Virus record (IMG/VR): IMGVR_UViG_3300045772_000033
Location: 13,873 to 77,872 of that record
Origin: a virus
Strand: one strand, 5' to 3'
Length of the DNA stretch: 64,000 nt
This document shows, piece after piece, positions 8,720-18,895 of the stretch (position 1 is its first letter; each line of letters starts with the position of its first letter). The translations under genes and the position numbers were made by a program. The notes beneath the pieces were generated by a model. The model saw nothing but the letters and a program-made list of their open reading frames with translations. It did not search any database and had not been told where the DNA came from.

Positions 8720-8908
8720 ATGGCAAAGATCAAGGAAGCGATGGGCAACACCTTCAACGAGGAGATTTTGAAGTCCCCCCTCACTGTTGGCCGTGTCGGT
8801 AACGAACCCGGCCCTGACGTACACAACAACCCGATTGCCCAGCCGCGCGATCCGCTTGGCCTGATTCCCGAAGGCGGCGACAAGCCGTACTGGTCGGGCA
8901 AGAAGTAG
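8720..8908 (+). CDS. Small hypothetical head-module protein
   Basis: AAGGAG RBS; 62 aa. Confidence 0.7.
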   Translation: MAKIKEAMGNTFNEEILKSPLTVGRVGNEPGPDVHNNPIAQPRDPLGLIPEGGDKPYWSGKK

Positions 8909-8950
8909 GCAGCGAACAAGCAGTCTAAAGGGTAGATGAGAAGGACTCAG

Positions 8951-9481
8951 ATGGCAACCGCACCTCCAGCCTTAGCACAAATGATGGCCAGGCAGTTGAT
9001 CGGTAAACTTGCCGGTGGCGGGCAGGGTGGCCCTGGCGGACCCCCTTCCGGACCTGGGGGTCCGATGCCTCCGCCGCCTGGGATGATGGGCCAAGCCGGG
9101 CCAGGCGCTCCAGGAGCAGGCGGCCCTCCCGGACCTGGTGGCGGTCCTCCTCCGCCCGGACCCAATGCTCCGCCTACGACTCCGGCCGGCCTTCAACTCT
9201 CTCAGCAACTGGCTGAACTCCAGGGTGCCGATCCCGATGCGATGGTGAAATCTCTGACATCGATCAAGACGGTAGCGGTTCAGCTTTACACACGCGCTGC
9301 ATTCACCATGCCTGGTGTTACGCGCAACCTCGCCAACGTCGTCAAGTATCTCGACAACTGCATTCAAGAAGCGGAGAAGGCTGCGGCGACTACCGCTGCT
9401 GCCGGACCCATTGCCAACAACGCAGCCATCCCTAACCCCGCCGGTCAGTCAGGTGGGCTGGGATCACAACCAGGCGCATAG
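8951..9481 (+). CDS. Pro/Gly-rich hypothetical head-module protein
   Basis: AAGGA RBS; low-complexity N-terminus and helical C-terminus. Confidence 0.7.
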   Translation: MATAPPALAQMMARQLIGKLAGGGQGGPGGPPSGPGGPMPPPPGMMGQAGPGAPGAGGPPGPGGGPPPPGPNAPPTTPAGLQLSQQLAELQGADPDAMVKSLTSIKTVAVQLYTRAAFTMPGVTRNLANVVKYLDNCIQEAEKAAATTAAAGPIANNAAIPNPAGQSGGLGSQPGA

Positions 9482-9502
9482 TCGCCGAAGGAGTCCTCCC
9501 CC

Positions 9503-10477
9503 ATGGCTTTAAGCGACATTCTCAAGAACGGCAAGTATCCCGACGACATGGTGCTGAACTTGCCGGACGGCTCGACCGTCAATGTGGGTGAAATTCGCGC
9601 CTTGCCCGCCGCCGAGCGCCAAGCCTTGACTGCACAGATTGAGCAGCGGCAGAGCGCCCTTGGCCAGGCCGAATTAGCTTTTGCGGCCAAGTTCCAGCAA
9701 GCGATTCAGTCAGGCTGGATGACCCAGGACGGCACAGTGGTCGCTCCTCGGCAGCAAACCCAGCAGGTTGCTCAGCCGACCGTGGCCCAGGTTCGCGCCG
9801 CTGCCGCAACCGAGTTTGGCCTCGACGAAAATGACCCCCTGCTTGGGCCAGTAGTGAAGCTGGTCAAGCAGGAATTGGCATCCCGCGATGCCGTTATTGC
9901 CGAGCTTCGCGCCAAGCAGGACGCAATGCCCGGCCAGTTTGATTCCCTCAAGACGACCCTGACCGACGGCCTTGGCCGCGTGACTGGCGTCGTCAACACA
10001 TCAGTTGGGCGCTATCTGAACGACCAGTATCAGTCGCAGTTCGCCGCTGCGACCAAAGACCTGCCCAAGGGCGTCACGGTGGACTACGAGACGGCATACA
10101 AATATGCCTCCGACCACCAGCTCAAGGACAAGGATGGTTTCCTTCAGGTCGCTGACGCAGTGGATCGGCTGACTTGGAACGACCGCAAGAAGGCCGAACT
10201 GGCCGAGGAGCGCGCGGCACTTGTAGCCAAGACCACCCGCGAACTGGAGGACAAGAACAAACTCGCCAGCCTCACTCCCCCCTCATCGCGCAATCCTCTT
10301 CACACCACCCCAGTCAAGGACGGTGAATTCAATCCCTTCAACGAGCGGACGAATGCCAAGGGCGAGAAGGTTCGCGAGGTCAAGTCTTTCGAGGAAGCGA
10401 TGTCCGCGGCAATGGGCGACGAAGACGTGATGAAGTCAGCAATGTCGTCAGCCAGTCTTGGCGGCGGCGTGAACTAG
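9503..10477 (+). CDS. Putative capsid scaffolding protein
   Basis: Helical/coiled-coil, 324 aa, directly before the major capsid gene. Confidence 0.6.
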   Translation: MALSDILKNGKYPDDMVLNLPDGSTVNVGEIRALPAAERQALTAQIEQRQSALGQAELAFAAKFQQAIQSGWMTQDGTVVAPRQQTQQVAQPTVAQVRAAAATEFGLDENDPLLGPVVKLVKQELASRDAVIAELRAKQDAMPGQFDSLKTTLTDGLGRVTGVVNTSVGRYLNDQYQSQFAAATKDLPKGVTVDYETAYKYASDHQLKDKDGFLQVADAVDRLTWNDRKKAELAEERAALVAKTTRELEDKNKLASLTPPSSRNPLHTTPVKDGEFNPFNERTNAKGEKVREVKSFEEAMSAAMGDEDVMKSAMSSASLGGGVN

Positions 10478-10576
10478 ATCAAGTTTCTCTGGGAGAGGCG
10501 TAGTCAGCCTCCCCTTTAACATCAACCTTTAACCCGTCGGCGACCTCCCCCGTTTGTCCGACCAGGAGAACCTCCC

Positions 10577-11563
10577 ATGGCTCAGAGCGTGGTTGGACTG
10601 GGACTTGCATCGCCGCCGGTACAGCTTTCAAACACCGTGAACGCGATCTCCCAGAAATTTATCGTCCCTGTCCTCGGCGACAACGTGTTCAAGCCCAGCC
10701 CAGTCTTTTGGGCCTTGACCCGCGAGGGCAAGCGGTTCGGCGCCGGCGAATTGATCTTCCCGGAAATCTATCAGGAAGAGCTTCCCGGTGGCGCGTACTA
10801 CGGTGACCAGCTCCTCGACACTTCGGTCGTGGACTCGGTGCAGCCGGCGAACCAGCAATGGAAACCCTACCGCCAGCCTGTGGTCATTCCGATCACCGAC
10901 ATCATTCTCAATCGTGGCGGCAGCAACAACCTGGACATCATCCGGGCCAAGTTCCAGACAGCCAGCGGCAGCCTCCTCCAGAAGCTCTCGCGCGCGCTGT
11001 GGCACACATCGCCGCAGAATACGTCCCTTGACGTGGACGATCTGAACTCGTGGGTGGTTTCGACGACCAACACCATCGCCGGAATCAACCGCGCCAGTTC
11101 CGCGAATGCCTGGTGGTTGCCCGCAACTGTTGCCGCTGGTGGCGGCGGCGCCTTGACCTCGGCCACTGCTGAGCCCGCTTATCAGTCTGTCACCTGGGGC
11201 TATGACGAGCCGGATCTGTTCGTGATGAACCGGACCAGTTACGCCGCGTTCAAGAACAACTTCGTCAACAACATTCGTTTCGGTCAAGGGATGCAGGATG
11301 ACGAGGCCTTGCAGGTCGGTTTCCGCAACCACTTCCTGTTCAACAACGCCGTGACCGTGGCCGACTTTTTCGCGACCGCGAACCAGGCGCTTCTGTTGAA
11401 CTCGAAGTACATCTTTCCGGTCTTCCACGAAGCGGATTACTTCAACGTCGATCCGTTCCTGAAGCCCTCGAACCAGCGCGTTCTGGTCTCGTGCATGTAC
11501 CTGACCTGGAACCTGTCGTGCATCAGCCCGCGCATGAACGTGGCAATCACGCCGATCACGTAG
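10577..11563 (+). CDS. Major capsid protein
   Basis: 328 aa, strong RBS, strongly biased codons; DNVFKPSPV, AGINRAS..WW, PDLFVM and F-NNA motifs typical of HK97-fold coats. Confidence 0.85.
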   Translation: MAQSVVGLGLASPPVQLSNTVNAISQKFIVPVLGDNVFKPSPVFWALTREGKRFGAGELIFPEIYQEELPGGAYYGDQLLDTSVVDSVQPANQQWKPYRQPVVIPITDIILNRGGSNNLDIIRAKFQTASGSLLQKLSRALWHTSPQNTSLDVDDLNSWVVSTTNTIAGINRASSANAWWLPATVAAGGGGALTSATAEPAYQSVTWGYDEPDLFVMNRTSYAAFKNNFVNNIRFGQGMQDDEALQVGFRNHFLFNNAVTVADFFATANQALLLNSKYIFPVFHEADYFNVDPFLKPSNQRVLVSCMYLTWNLSCISPRMNVAITPIT

Positions 11564-11643
11564 GACCGATTCAGGAGGAGGCGGGCAGACTGGGCTAGGC
11601 CCAGATTCAGCCTTCCTCCTCCCACACCCCAAGGAGATTCCCA

Positions 11644-12075
11644 ATGGCTCTTCCTTTTGCAAATCCAATCTCGCAAGCTATGCCGGGGTTCGGTTCGCCT
11701 TCGTGCTACGGTGCGGCGACTCAGACTCCGACCACCACGGCCGCAGTGACGCTGACCATCGGCGCGACGGCCACCACGCCGAGCACCGGCGGCACGGCAT
11801 TCAATCTCAATGGCGGCCCGGCGCCGAGTTCAGGCAAGTGGCACCTGCGTGTGACCAATGCGACCTCAACCCTGACCACGGCTCTGACTGTTCAGGTCTC
11901 CGATGGCACGAATACCTGGACCGTCGCCACGGTTCCGGCTTCGGCTGCAACCGGCTATGTTGACTACACTGGCGAGTTCAAGACCGACCTCGCGATCACT
12001 TCAGTGATCTTCGCTGTGACTCCGGGCGGGACCGCTTCGAGCATTCCGCTGGATGCTGAAGTCTCACTCGTGTAG
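11644..12075 (+). CDS. Putative capsid decoration / virion protein
   Basis: Thr/Ala-rich beta protein after the capsid gene, followed by a terminator. Confidence 0.55.
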   Translation: MALPFANPISQAMPGFGSPSCYGAATQTPTTTAAVTLTIGATATTPSTGGTAFNLNGGPAPSSGKWHLRVTNATSTLTTALTVQVSDGTNTWTVATVPASAATGYVDYTGEFKTDLAITSVIFAVTPGGTASSIPLDAEVSLV

Positions 12076-12120
12076 CTTCTGATTTGGCATCGTCGCCTCG
12101 GCTGTGCGCTGCCCACTGAC

Positions 12121-12160
12121 GGCGACCGCTCTACCTGACCGGGAGCGGTCGCCCTTTTTG
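12121..12160 (+). terminator. Rho-independent terminator
   Basis: GGCGACCGCTC...GAGCGGTCGCC followed by CTTTTT. Confidence 0.7.
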
Positions 12161-12175
12161 TAGGAGGAAGTAGCC

Positions 12176-13459
12176 ATGAGCCAATGGTCTTTGGTCGGTG
12201 ATATTTTGATGGCCTTGCGCGAGCAGGCGGCAGATCCCCCGTCTTCGCTTCCCGCGCCTACCTCGGTCACAGTTACCCCGGTCCCGACTGGCTCAACATC
12301 GATCTGGTTCACGGTCACGCAGCTTACCCCCTGGGGCGAGTCTCCTGCCTCAGCCGAAGTTGCCCTGACCAACGGCGCTATCGGCTCGACTTTCACCGTG
12401 GCTGGTAATTGCTCCTTCGCTGCAACAACCATTCTCATCTACTTTACTCTCGGCGGCGCGGGCGGCGAGGACCGCTATCTCCCCTACACGATCCCAGCCG
12501 GCGGCGCCGGTGCGTTCTCGATTCCCTTTACCCTCTCCACCGCTGGAATCACGCAGGGATTCCCGCCGGCGCGCAGCTCGGCCTGGCTGCCTGACACCGA
12601 CGGCACGGCGCTCTCGGCGGCGGCTTTGTACAGGTGGATCAATGAGGGGCTGGACGCCTGCACTGCGATCACAGAAGGCATTCGGGACGTAACCGGAATC
12701 CCCTCGACCGCGGGCCAAGCACAATACCAGGTCATCGGCAACTGGCGCTCTCTAACCTCCGGCTCATACGATGGCTGGCCCTTCACCTTTGGCAACAAGT
12801 CCGATATTTTCCGGCACTCAAACGTCAAGGGGATCAGCGGAACAGCGGTGATGAACCAGGACTCCGTGGTTCAGCAGATCGAACTCTATCCGCAATCGTC
12901 CCGGACCTCTGGTGTGGGTGTGCTCTCCGGCCCTCTGGCCGCTGCGGCGACCGCGATTCCTTATACGCCTGGTAGCACAGGCTGGGTTCTGGGATTCGGA
13001 CTGGCGCTGCTCGGTCCTTACCCATCTGACCCCTCGCTCAGCGAGCTGGTCTACTATTCCAGCAACGTCTCGAACCAACTTGCACAGGTCACCCGCGGTA
13101 TGGGCGGAACTGTGGCGCAAGCATGGCCCGCTGGCACTCCGATCTCTGAGTGCAACATCTACATGTCCGGCATCCGCTATCCGATTCACTACCAACGGGG
13201 GCAAGCTACGGTCCAACTCAGCCTTCCTCCGGCGTGGATTGACGCCTTGCGCGACTATTTGTCAGCGCGGTTCAAACAGGCTGAGCAAGACACCGAGGGC
13301 GCGCAGGCGACGCTCAAGCAGTTCGAGCAGAAGTGCCAGGGGATCAAGGGGAATCGGCAGGTGATGTCGCCGCGGCGGGTGCAGGCTGGTGGAAGCAGTG
13401 GAGTTGAAATCGCAGGCGGCGGAACCGGAGGATTTTTTGGAGGCGTGATTTTGCCATGA
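12176..13459 (+). CDS. Head-tail adaptor-like virion protein with inserted beta domains
   Basis: LYRWINEGL..TAGQAQY..LPPAWIDALRDYLSARFKQAE adaptor-like motifs; synteny. Confidence 0.55.
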   Translation: MSQWSLVGDILMALREQAADPPSSLPAPTSVTVTPVPTGSTSIWFTVTQLTPWGESPASAEVALTNGAIGSTFTVAGNCSFAATTILIYFTLGGAGGEDRYLPYTIPAGGAGAFSIPFTLSTAGITQGFPPARSSAWLPDTDGTALSAAALYRWINEGLDACTAITEGIRDVTGIPSTAGQAQYQVIGNWRSLTSGSYDGWPFTFGNKSDIFRHSNVKGISGTAVMNQDSVVQQIELYPQSSRTSGVGVLSGPLAAAATAIPYTPGSTGWVLGFGLALLGPYPSDPSLSELVYYSSNVSNQLAQVTRGMGGTVAQAWPAGTPISECNIYMSGIRYPIHYQRGQATVQLSLPPAWIDALRDYLSARFKQAEQDTEGAQATLKQFEQKCQGIKGNRQVMSPRRVQAGGSSGVEIAGGGTGGFFGGVILP

Positions 13460-16164
13460 GCGCCAAAGTCGTCAGTCAAAAAAAGTTCGCTAAATTAACG
13501 GCCAGCGCGGGAAGCCTGAGCCAGCCGCCCGGCGCGCTCTCCCGCCTCTCGAACCTTGCCTTCACGCAGCGCGGCAGCCTTCAGATCGCCGATGGCTCTC
13601 ACTCCATTGGCCAGCTTCCATCTCCCTTCCTGACTGCTCGTGCTCTTGCGGTATTCACCAAGTTTGCATCAGGCAATTATCCGCTCTATCCAGTTCTTGC
13701 TGCTCCGGTCGGCGGTTACCTTCTGGCCAATCCACAGAACTTTACTCTCAGCGTCGATGCCTCCGGGTCCACTCCTGCCGGAACGTATTACCTCGCTATC
13801 GTTGCACAGGCCACTGTTCAAGGAGTGACGGTAACCAGCGGGCCTACCATCACGTCTATTACCGTCGCCCACGGATTTACACAGATGAGTTTCCAGTGGT
13901 CCCCGGTGTTGTTTATCGGGGGGACTCCTTCGTATACGATCTACTATCTGGGGTCAACTCCAGCCGCAGTGGGCTATGTTCTCCTGTCCGGTGTCAGCGG
14001 TGTACTAATTGGGGGGTTCCTTACTGATCTCTACAACGGAGCCTTTTCTCACGGTACTACTCCAATTCCACAGACCAACGCCTCAGCCCTGGTTCAACTC
14101 TTGATCGGCAACGTGACTCCACCTTCGCCGGTGGTAGCTTTCACTTCAATTTCGTCCGCGCCATTGCCGGGCACCGCGCCGCAGCCGGCGCAGTTAGCCC
14201 CCGGCGATCCAGCTTTTGTCTTTGACACCATAAACACCAATCAGCAGACCTTATACCCTTCTGCATCGGGTGGTACAGCCAGCGCCATCGCCAACTCAGG
14301 TACTCCCTCGGCTACACAGACAGTGTCAGTAGCGTCGGGGTGGGCCTCTGCGGCCACAGTTACAGGTCAACAAGCCACAATCTACATCACCGTTACCGGA
14401 ACTAACTCGCTCTCCGCCCAAGGAGGCGGGTCTGTTCAATATCAATACTCGACAGATAGCGGTTCAACCTGGGTTAATTTCGTTTCGTTTCCTTCCAGCA
14501 CAGCAAACTGGAATCAAAACCTTTCTTTCTCGGTTGACGCTTCATCCTTGACCGACTTTTCTCACCTCCAAATCCAAATTGTAGCTACTGCACAATGGGG
14601 GCACGGACTAGGGAATATCTCCATCTCCGGTTCCGCCAGCGCAGGGTCTGTCTATCTCTCCACATCCACTTCAGCATCCTTCTCTCCATACGGAGGCATC
14701 CCCGGCCAAGTCAACGTGATTCCGCAACTGGTTCAGTTCGCCGGGCTGGAAATCCTAATTCTGGGCAACGGTTACGCGCCTCAGTCTTGTGACCCCACCA
14801 AGGTAGCCAACGCAACGCTGACACCGCTCGCCAATACCTTCCAAGCCGCCTATCCGACTTGGCAATCCGCTGTGGATTGGATCACAGGCGCGCAGGTCAC
14901 CGACGGGACCAACCACTACACTGCGACCCAAGGTGGTGTCTCCGGCTCTACCGCCCCTTCATGGAATACCGCCCTCGGCGCTGAAACCTCTGATGGCTCG
15001 GTCATCTGGACTTCGCAAGGTCCGATCATCGCTTCCACCGCGCCCCGTGGCGCCGCGCACGCTGTCGCCTACGCTGGTTCCCTCTGGCTGGCCAACACGT
15101 CTCCGACCAATACCGCTGACGGGATCGATGGTCCTTCCTGCCTGAAGATGTCCGACTCGAACAATCCGAACTCGTGGAACCCGGTCAACACCGCGTTCAT
15201 CGCAAGGCAGGACGGAACGCAGATTACAGGCATTTGCTCATTCACTATCGCTGCCCTTGGGATTTCTCCGACTGGTTCTCTCTGCGTTTTCAAGGAATTC
15301 ACGACCTACCAGGTGATTGGCGTCTTTGGGTCCACTTCGTTCGAGATACAGCCGGCGCAGACCAACCTCGGCTGCATCGCCGCGTGCTCGATCCAGTTCC
15401 TCCCCGGCTTTGGTGTCGTTCGATTCACCCACTTGGGCTTCGCTGTCTTCGATGGGATCAATGACAGGCTGATTTCGGAGGACATCCGGCCTTACTTGTT
15501 CGGAGGAGTAGACTCTGAACACGATCTGACCCCAGTGGACCCGACATACGTCTACCTTTCGCAATCGGCTCAGACCATTGCCCCGCCGATGTACCTGTGT
15601 GCGATGCCCTTGGCCGGCGCAAATGGCGCGCTCACCCGCTTGTTCTGCTATGACCTGGTGATGAAAGCCTGGACCGTGCTGGACTTGCCGTGGGCAATCA
15701 GTTCGATGGGGACCGTCTCGGCCGGGGAAGGATACCCGCTGGTCCTCGCCGGCAAATCCGACGGTACGATCCAGCGGTTGCAATCCGGTGACTTGAATTG
15801 GGACCAGGGGGACGTGAATCAGTCAACAGTCCAGTGGTCCTTTCGCAGCCCGGAAGTATTCGGTGAGGGCGGTTCGCAGCGGCTTTTTTATCAGCAGGCT
15901 GTGATTCGGGGCTATGGCAATTCGGCCATGGTTCAGTCGATCGTTGCAAAGCTCTGGCTGGACGGTGTGCAACTCGGCTCGCAAGCGATCGATGTTGTGC
16001 CTGTGGGGGGCAACACCTTCGAGGCCAACGTCAAGATTTTTCTCAACGGCCAACGGGCGCATCTGGACATCAGCGGAAACAACGGTGGCGCGACCGGGGT
16101 GATCGACGGCATCGACTGGGCTATCGTACCAAAGTCGCCGCTGGCCAGGAGGGTGATTTCGTGA
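13456..16164 (+). CDS. Tail tube / packaged-DNA stabilisation protein with inserted beta domains
   Basis: 902 aa; propeller-like C-terminal half (LCVFKEF, NLGCIA, ISEDIRP, CYDLVMKAW); synteny. Confidence 0.6.
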   Translation: MSAKVVSQKKFAKLTASAGSLSQPPGALSRLSNLAFTQRGSLQIADGSHSIGQLPSPFLTARALAVFTKFASGNYPLYPVLAAPVGGYLLANPQNFTLSVDASGSTPAGTYYLAIVAQATVQGVTVTSGPTITSITVAHGFTQMSFQWSPVLFIGGTPSYTIYYLGSTPAAVGYVLLSGVSGVLIGGFLTDLYNGAFSHGTTPIPQTNASALVQLLIGNVTPPSPVVAFTSISSAPLPGTAPQPAQLAPGDPAFVFDTINTNQQTLYPSASGGTASAIANSGTPSATQTVSVASGWASAATVTGQQATIYITVTGTNSLSAQGGGSVQYQYSTDSGSTWVNFVSFPSSTANWNQNLSFSVDASSLTDFSHLQIQIVATAQWGHGLGNISISGSASAGSVYLSTSTSASFSPYGGIPGQVNVIPQLVQFAGLEILILGNGYAPQSCDPTKVANATLTPLANTFQAAYPTWQSAVDWITGAQVTDGTNHYTATQGGVSGSTAPSWNTALGAETSDGSVIWTSQGPIIASTAPRGAAHAVAYAGSLWLANTSPTNTADGIDGPSCLKMSDSNNPNSWNPVNTAFIARQDGTQITGICSFTIAALGISPTGSLCVFKEFTTYQVIGVFGSTSFEIQPAQTNLGCIAACSIQFLPGFGVVRFTHLGFAVFDGINDRLISEDIRPYLFGGVDSEHDLTPVDPTYVYLSQSAQTIAPPMYLCAMPLAGANGALTRLFCYDLVMKAWTVLDLPWAISSMGTVSAGEGYPLVLAGKSDGTIQRLQSGDLNWDQGDVNQSTVQWSFRSPEVFGEGGSQRLFYQQAVIRGYGNSAMVQSIVAKLWLDGVQLGSQAIDVVPVGGNTFEANVKIFLNGQRAHLDISGNNGGATGVIDGIDWAIVPKSPLARRVIS

Positions 16165-16631
16165 GCCCTGCCGTCCGAGTTCGCAACCTTCGCGCAGGCG
16201 AGCAGGCCAGCCTCCCCGCTGCTTTACGCGACACCGGAATGTTTTTCTTGGCCGAGGAGTGGGTCTGGGTCGTAGAACGCGCAGCGTTGCCTTCCCCGCT
16301 CGGTCCGTTCGGTCCTCCGCCTCCCGCTCCTTTCGCCATCGTCGTCTGCTCTTTCGCCCACGGGTGGTTGGTGTTGTGGAGACTTTTGTCTATCTCGCCA
16401 CTTTCACCCGGAATACCGCTAAACTGGTTCAAGGAAGCCTTGCCGCAGGTCTTCGCCGAGGCGCGTCTGCGAGGGTGTGTCGGATTTCTTACTCTGCTCG
16501 CTGACAACCGTCCCGCAGAGGTGAAGATGGCCCGGATTATTGCCTCTCTGCCGGGTGCGACTCTGCTGCCGTTCCAGGGGTCACTGGGGGTCGGATTGCT
16601 GAGCGAGGCCGGGAAAGGGGAATCACGATGA
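16161..16631 (+). CDS. Hypothetical protein, possibly GNAT-like
   Basis: Coupled overlaps; VRVRNL start and EARLRGCVGF segment. Confidence 0.5.
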   Translation: MSPAVRVRNLRAGEQASLPAALRDTGMFFLAEEWVWVVERAALPSPLGPFGPPPPAPFAIVVCSFAHGWLVLWRLLSISPLSPGIPLNWFKEALPQVFAEARLRGCVGFLTLLADNRPAEVKMARIIASLPGATLLPFQGSLGVGLLSEAGKGESR

Positions 16632-17095
16632 TCGTTGCTGAGGCTCAGGTCACCATTCTTCCCGTATCCGTCGATACAATCTTCGACGCGCCGAATGCCA
16701 CTGCTCTGTTTCGGGCCAACGCTGAAGAATGTCTTGTCCCGGAGGCTGATCCGCAACGCGCATTCTATTTGGCAATGGAGCAAGCCGGAGTGCTCAAATG
16801 CTTTGCATCTTACGCGGGCGTCCGACTCGTTGGCTTCAGCGCGATTCTTTGCACAGATATGCTCGATCACCCTGGCAAGAGGCTTGCCACCGCCAAGAGT
16901 ATATTCGTCGATCCCGACTATCGCGGCACAGGAGCAGGCGATCTTCTGCTTGATGCCGCTGAGCAGTACGCAACGGAAGCCGGTTGCATGGCTTTCACCG
17001 CCTCAGCACGAGTTGACAGCGCGTTTGACAAAGTTCTTTCTCGACGCGCTGGATACACGCTAACCCATTCGCAGCATACGAGGTGGCTGGCATGA
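16628..17095 (+). CDS. GNAT family acetyltransferase
   Basis: SIFVDPDYRGTGAGDLLLDAAEQYA (acetyl-CoA motif A). Confidence 0.85.
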   Translation: MIVAEAQVTILPVSVDTIFDAPNATALFRANAEECLVPEADPQRAFYLAMEQAGVLKCFASYAGVRLVGFSAILCTDMLDHPGKRLATAKSIFVDPDYRGTGAGDLLLDAAEQYATEAGCMAFTASARVDSAFDKVLSRRAGYTLTHSQHTRWLA

Positions 17096-17562
17096 GCGAT
17101 TTAGCCATCCCGCTTCCCACTATCGCCGCGCTTGTGCCCCCTTCGCCCGCGACTCTTGACAAGCTGGCTCAGGCTTTGGAAATCATCAAAGCACAGCCAC
17201 AAGTCCCTCTTGCCACTGAGCATCTTTTTCATGGGGGGATGTACGCGCGCACAATCCGGCTGATCCCTGGCGAATGGATGATAGGATCTCGGATTAAATT
17301 GCCAACCGTACTAATCGTCCATGGCAATTGCACAGTCTTACTCGGCGACGAGACAGTCAATTTGTCTGGTTACAACATCATCCCAGGCTGTGCGGGAAGG
17401 CAGCAGCTATTTCTAACCCACAGCCCGGTCGAGATGACACTGATCTTTCCCACTTCGGCTGTGACTGTTGAGGAAGCGGAGAATGAAGTGTTTGCCGACG
17501 CTGACCAACTGATGTCGCGTACAGATGCTAGTCGAGACACGATCACTATTACCGGCCAGTAA
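17092..17562 (+). CDS. Cupin-like phage protein
   Basis: EHLFHGGMYARTIRLIPG..TVLIVHG beta-barrel pattern. Confidence 0.6.
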   Translation: MSDLAIPLPTIAALVPPSPATLDKLAQALEIIKAQPQVPLATEHLFHGGMYARTIRLIPGEWMIGSRIKLPTVLIVHGNCTVLLGDETVNLSGYNIIPGCAGRQQLFLTHSPVEMTLIFPTSAVTVEEAENEVFADADQLMSRTDASRDTITITGQ

Positions 17563-17585
17563 GGCCGAGGAAAGGAGACAGCGCG

Positions 17586-18125
17586 ATGGCAGGAACTTTA
17601 GCGACAGCGTTAGCAATCGCCGGCATTGCGGCTGGCGCCGCAGGAACTGGAACAGCCATCTACGAAGGCGATAAAAACCGCGACGCATCCGCTGCCGCTA
17701 CTACCGCGCAGCAGACTGCTCTGCTCAAGCAGCAGCAATCTCAGGCTAACCAGGCCAACCTTTCCAAACAAGAAGCGGTTATGGGTGCGCAAGGCCAGTC
17801 GCAGCAGCAAACTGGCGGATCGCTGACTGACGATGGGACTTCGGCTATGACTGCCTTGCTGGCCGGGTATCCGGGGTATCAGGCGGGAGCGAGCGGATCT
17901 GGTACGAGCACAGGTGCCGGGATTGGCAGCAGCGGAGTTTCCGGCAGCGCACCTGCGGCCGGCTCGACTGGAACCCCAGACATTGCAGCACTTCTGAAGA
18001 CTCTAAGCAGCGGCGCGGGCGGCGGCCTTGGCTCCAATTCCCCATCTTCGATTTCCGGCGGCAACTGGCAAACACAGCCCTCTGCGCCGCAGTCCAGTTT
18101 TGAGTTGGCTAACCCGGTCGTCTAG
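17586..18125 (+). CDS. Putative ejection (internal virion) protein
   Basis: Gly/Ala hydrophobic N-terminus, Gln-rich helix; synteny. Confidence 0.55.
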   Translation: MAGTLATALAIAGIAAGAAGTGTAIYEGDKNRDASAAATTAQQTALLKQQQSQANQANLSKQEAVMGAQGQSQQQTGGSLTDDGTSAMTALLAGYPGYQAGASGSGTSTGAGIGSSGVSGSAPAAGSTGTPDIAALLKTLSSGAGGGLGSNSPSSISGGNWQTQPSAPQSSFELANPVV

Positions 18126-18145
18126 CCGGAAGGAAGGATTTACCC

Positions 18146-18862
18146 ATGCCCGAAGGACTCACAAGCGCGCTCCAGTCAATCCAGCCTGAGCTTCAGGCTG
18201 GCACCGAGGTCGCCGGCCTCGGCTCGACGGCCTACAACATGTACAACCAGTACCAGAACCAGCAATACCAAAACCAGCTCCGCTCCTTTGCGCAAGACCC
18301 GGCGAAGATGAACGCCTACGCTGCCCAGTTCACGCAGCCGCTGACTGCCGGGCTGCAAACCGGCGTGGCCAACAATACTCAGGCTTATTTGGCTCAGCGC
18401 GGGCTCTCGGACTCGCCGGAGATCGCGCAGCAGGTGCAGGCCCAAGCCATCGCCCCTTATATCCAGCAAAATCAGCAGAATGGGTATCAGAACGCTTTGC
18501 AGGCGCTTCAGGTCGGCGGCGGAGCGGTCAATCCGAATACTCAATCGGCAAACAACATCTCTGCGCTGGCCAAAGCGTTTGCGGCGCTCAGCGGACCGGG
18601 GTCAGCAGGAACACTTATTACTCCTGCCCAAATCGCAGCCATGACGCAGCAACTGAACGCACCGCGGCAATTGCCCAATATGTATCAGCCGATAGCAGCC
18701 GATCCGGGGCCAACGGCGATTGACTCAAGTGGACTGTCCCCGGCACCTGACTTGAGTGGGCTGTTCCCGACGAATCAGCCAAACGTAACAACCGACTTCA
18801 CGCCAGACCCTACCGACAGCTTTGTAGCGGCGCCAGCGTGGTCCGGCGTCGGAGCGAGCTAG
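18146..18862 (+). CDS. Putative ejection protein
   Basis: Gln/Asn-rich helical protein with LAQRGLSDS motif; synteny. Confidence 0.55.
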   Translation: MPEGLTSALQSIQPELQAGTEVAGLGSTAYNMYNQYQNQQYQNQLRSFAQDPAKMNAYAAQFTQPLTAGLQTGVANNTQAYLAQRGLSDSPEIAQQVQAQAIAPYIQQNQQNGYQNALQALQVGGGAVNPNTQSANNISALAKAFAALSGPGSAGTLITPAQIAAMTQQLNAPRQLPNMYQPIAADPGPTAIDSSGLSPAPDLSGLFPTNQPNVTTDFTPDPTDSFVAAPAWSGVGAS

Positions 18863-18895
18863 GCGGCTGGCAGCTAGACAGCAAGGAGGCACGAC

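Noticed and set aside
10628-11668. 346-aa antisense ORF over the capsid gene (also 20194..21369, 45850..47199, 39396..40280)
   Set aside because: Shadow ORFs from GC-biased codon use; no RBS or recognisable motifs.
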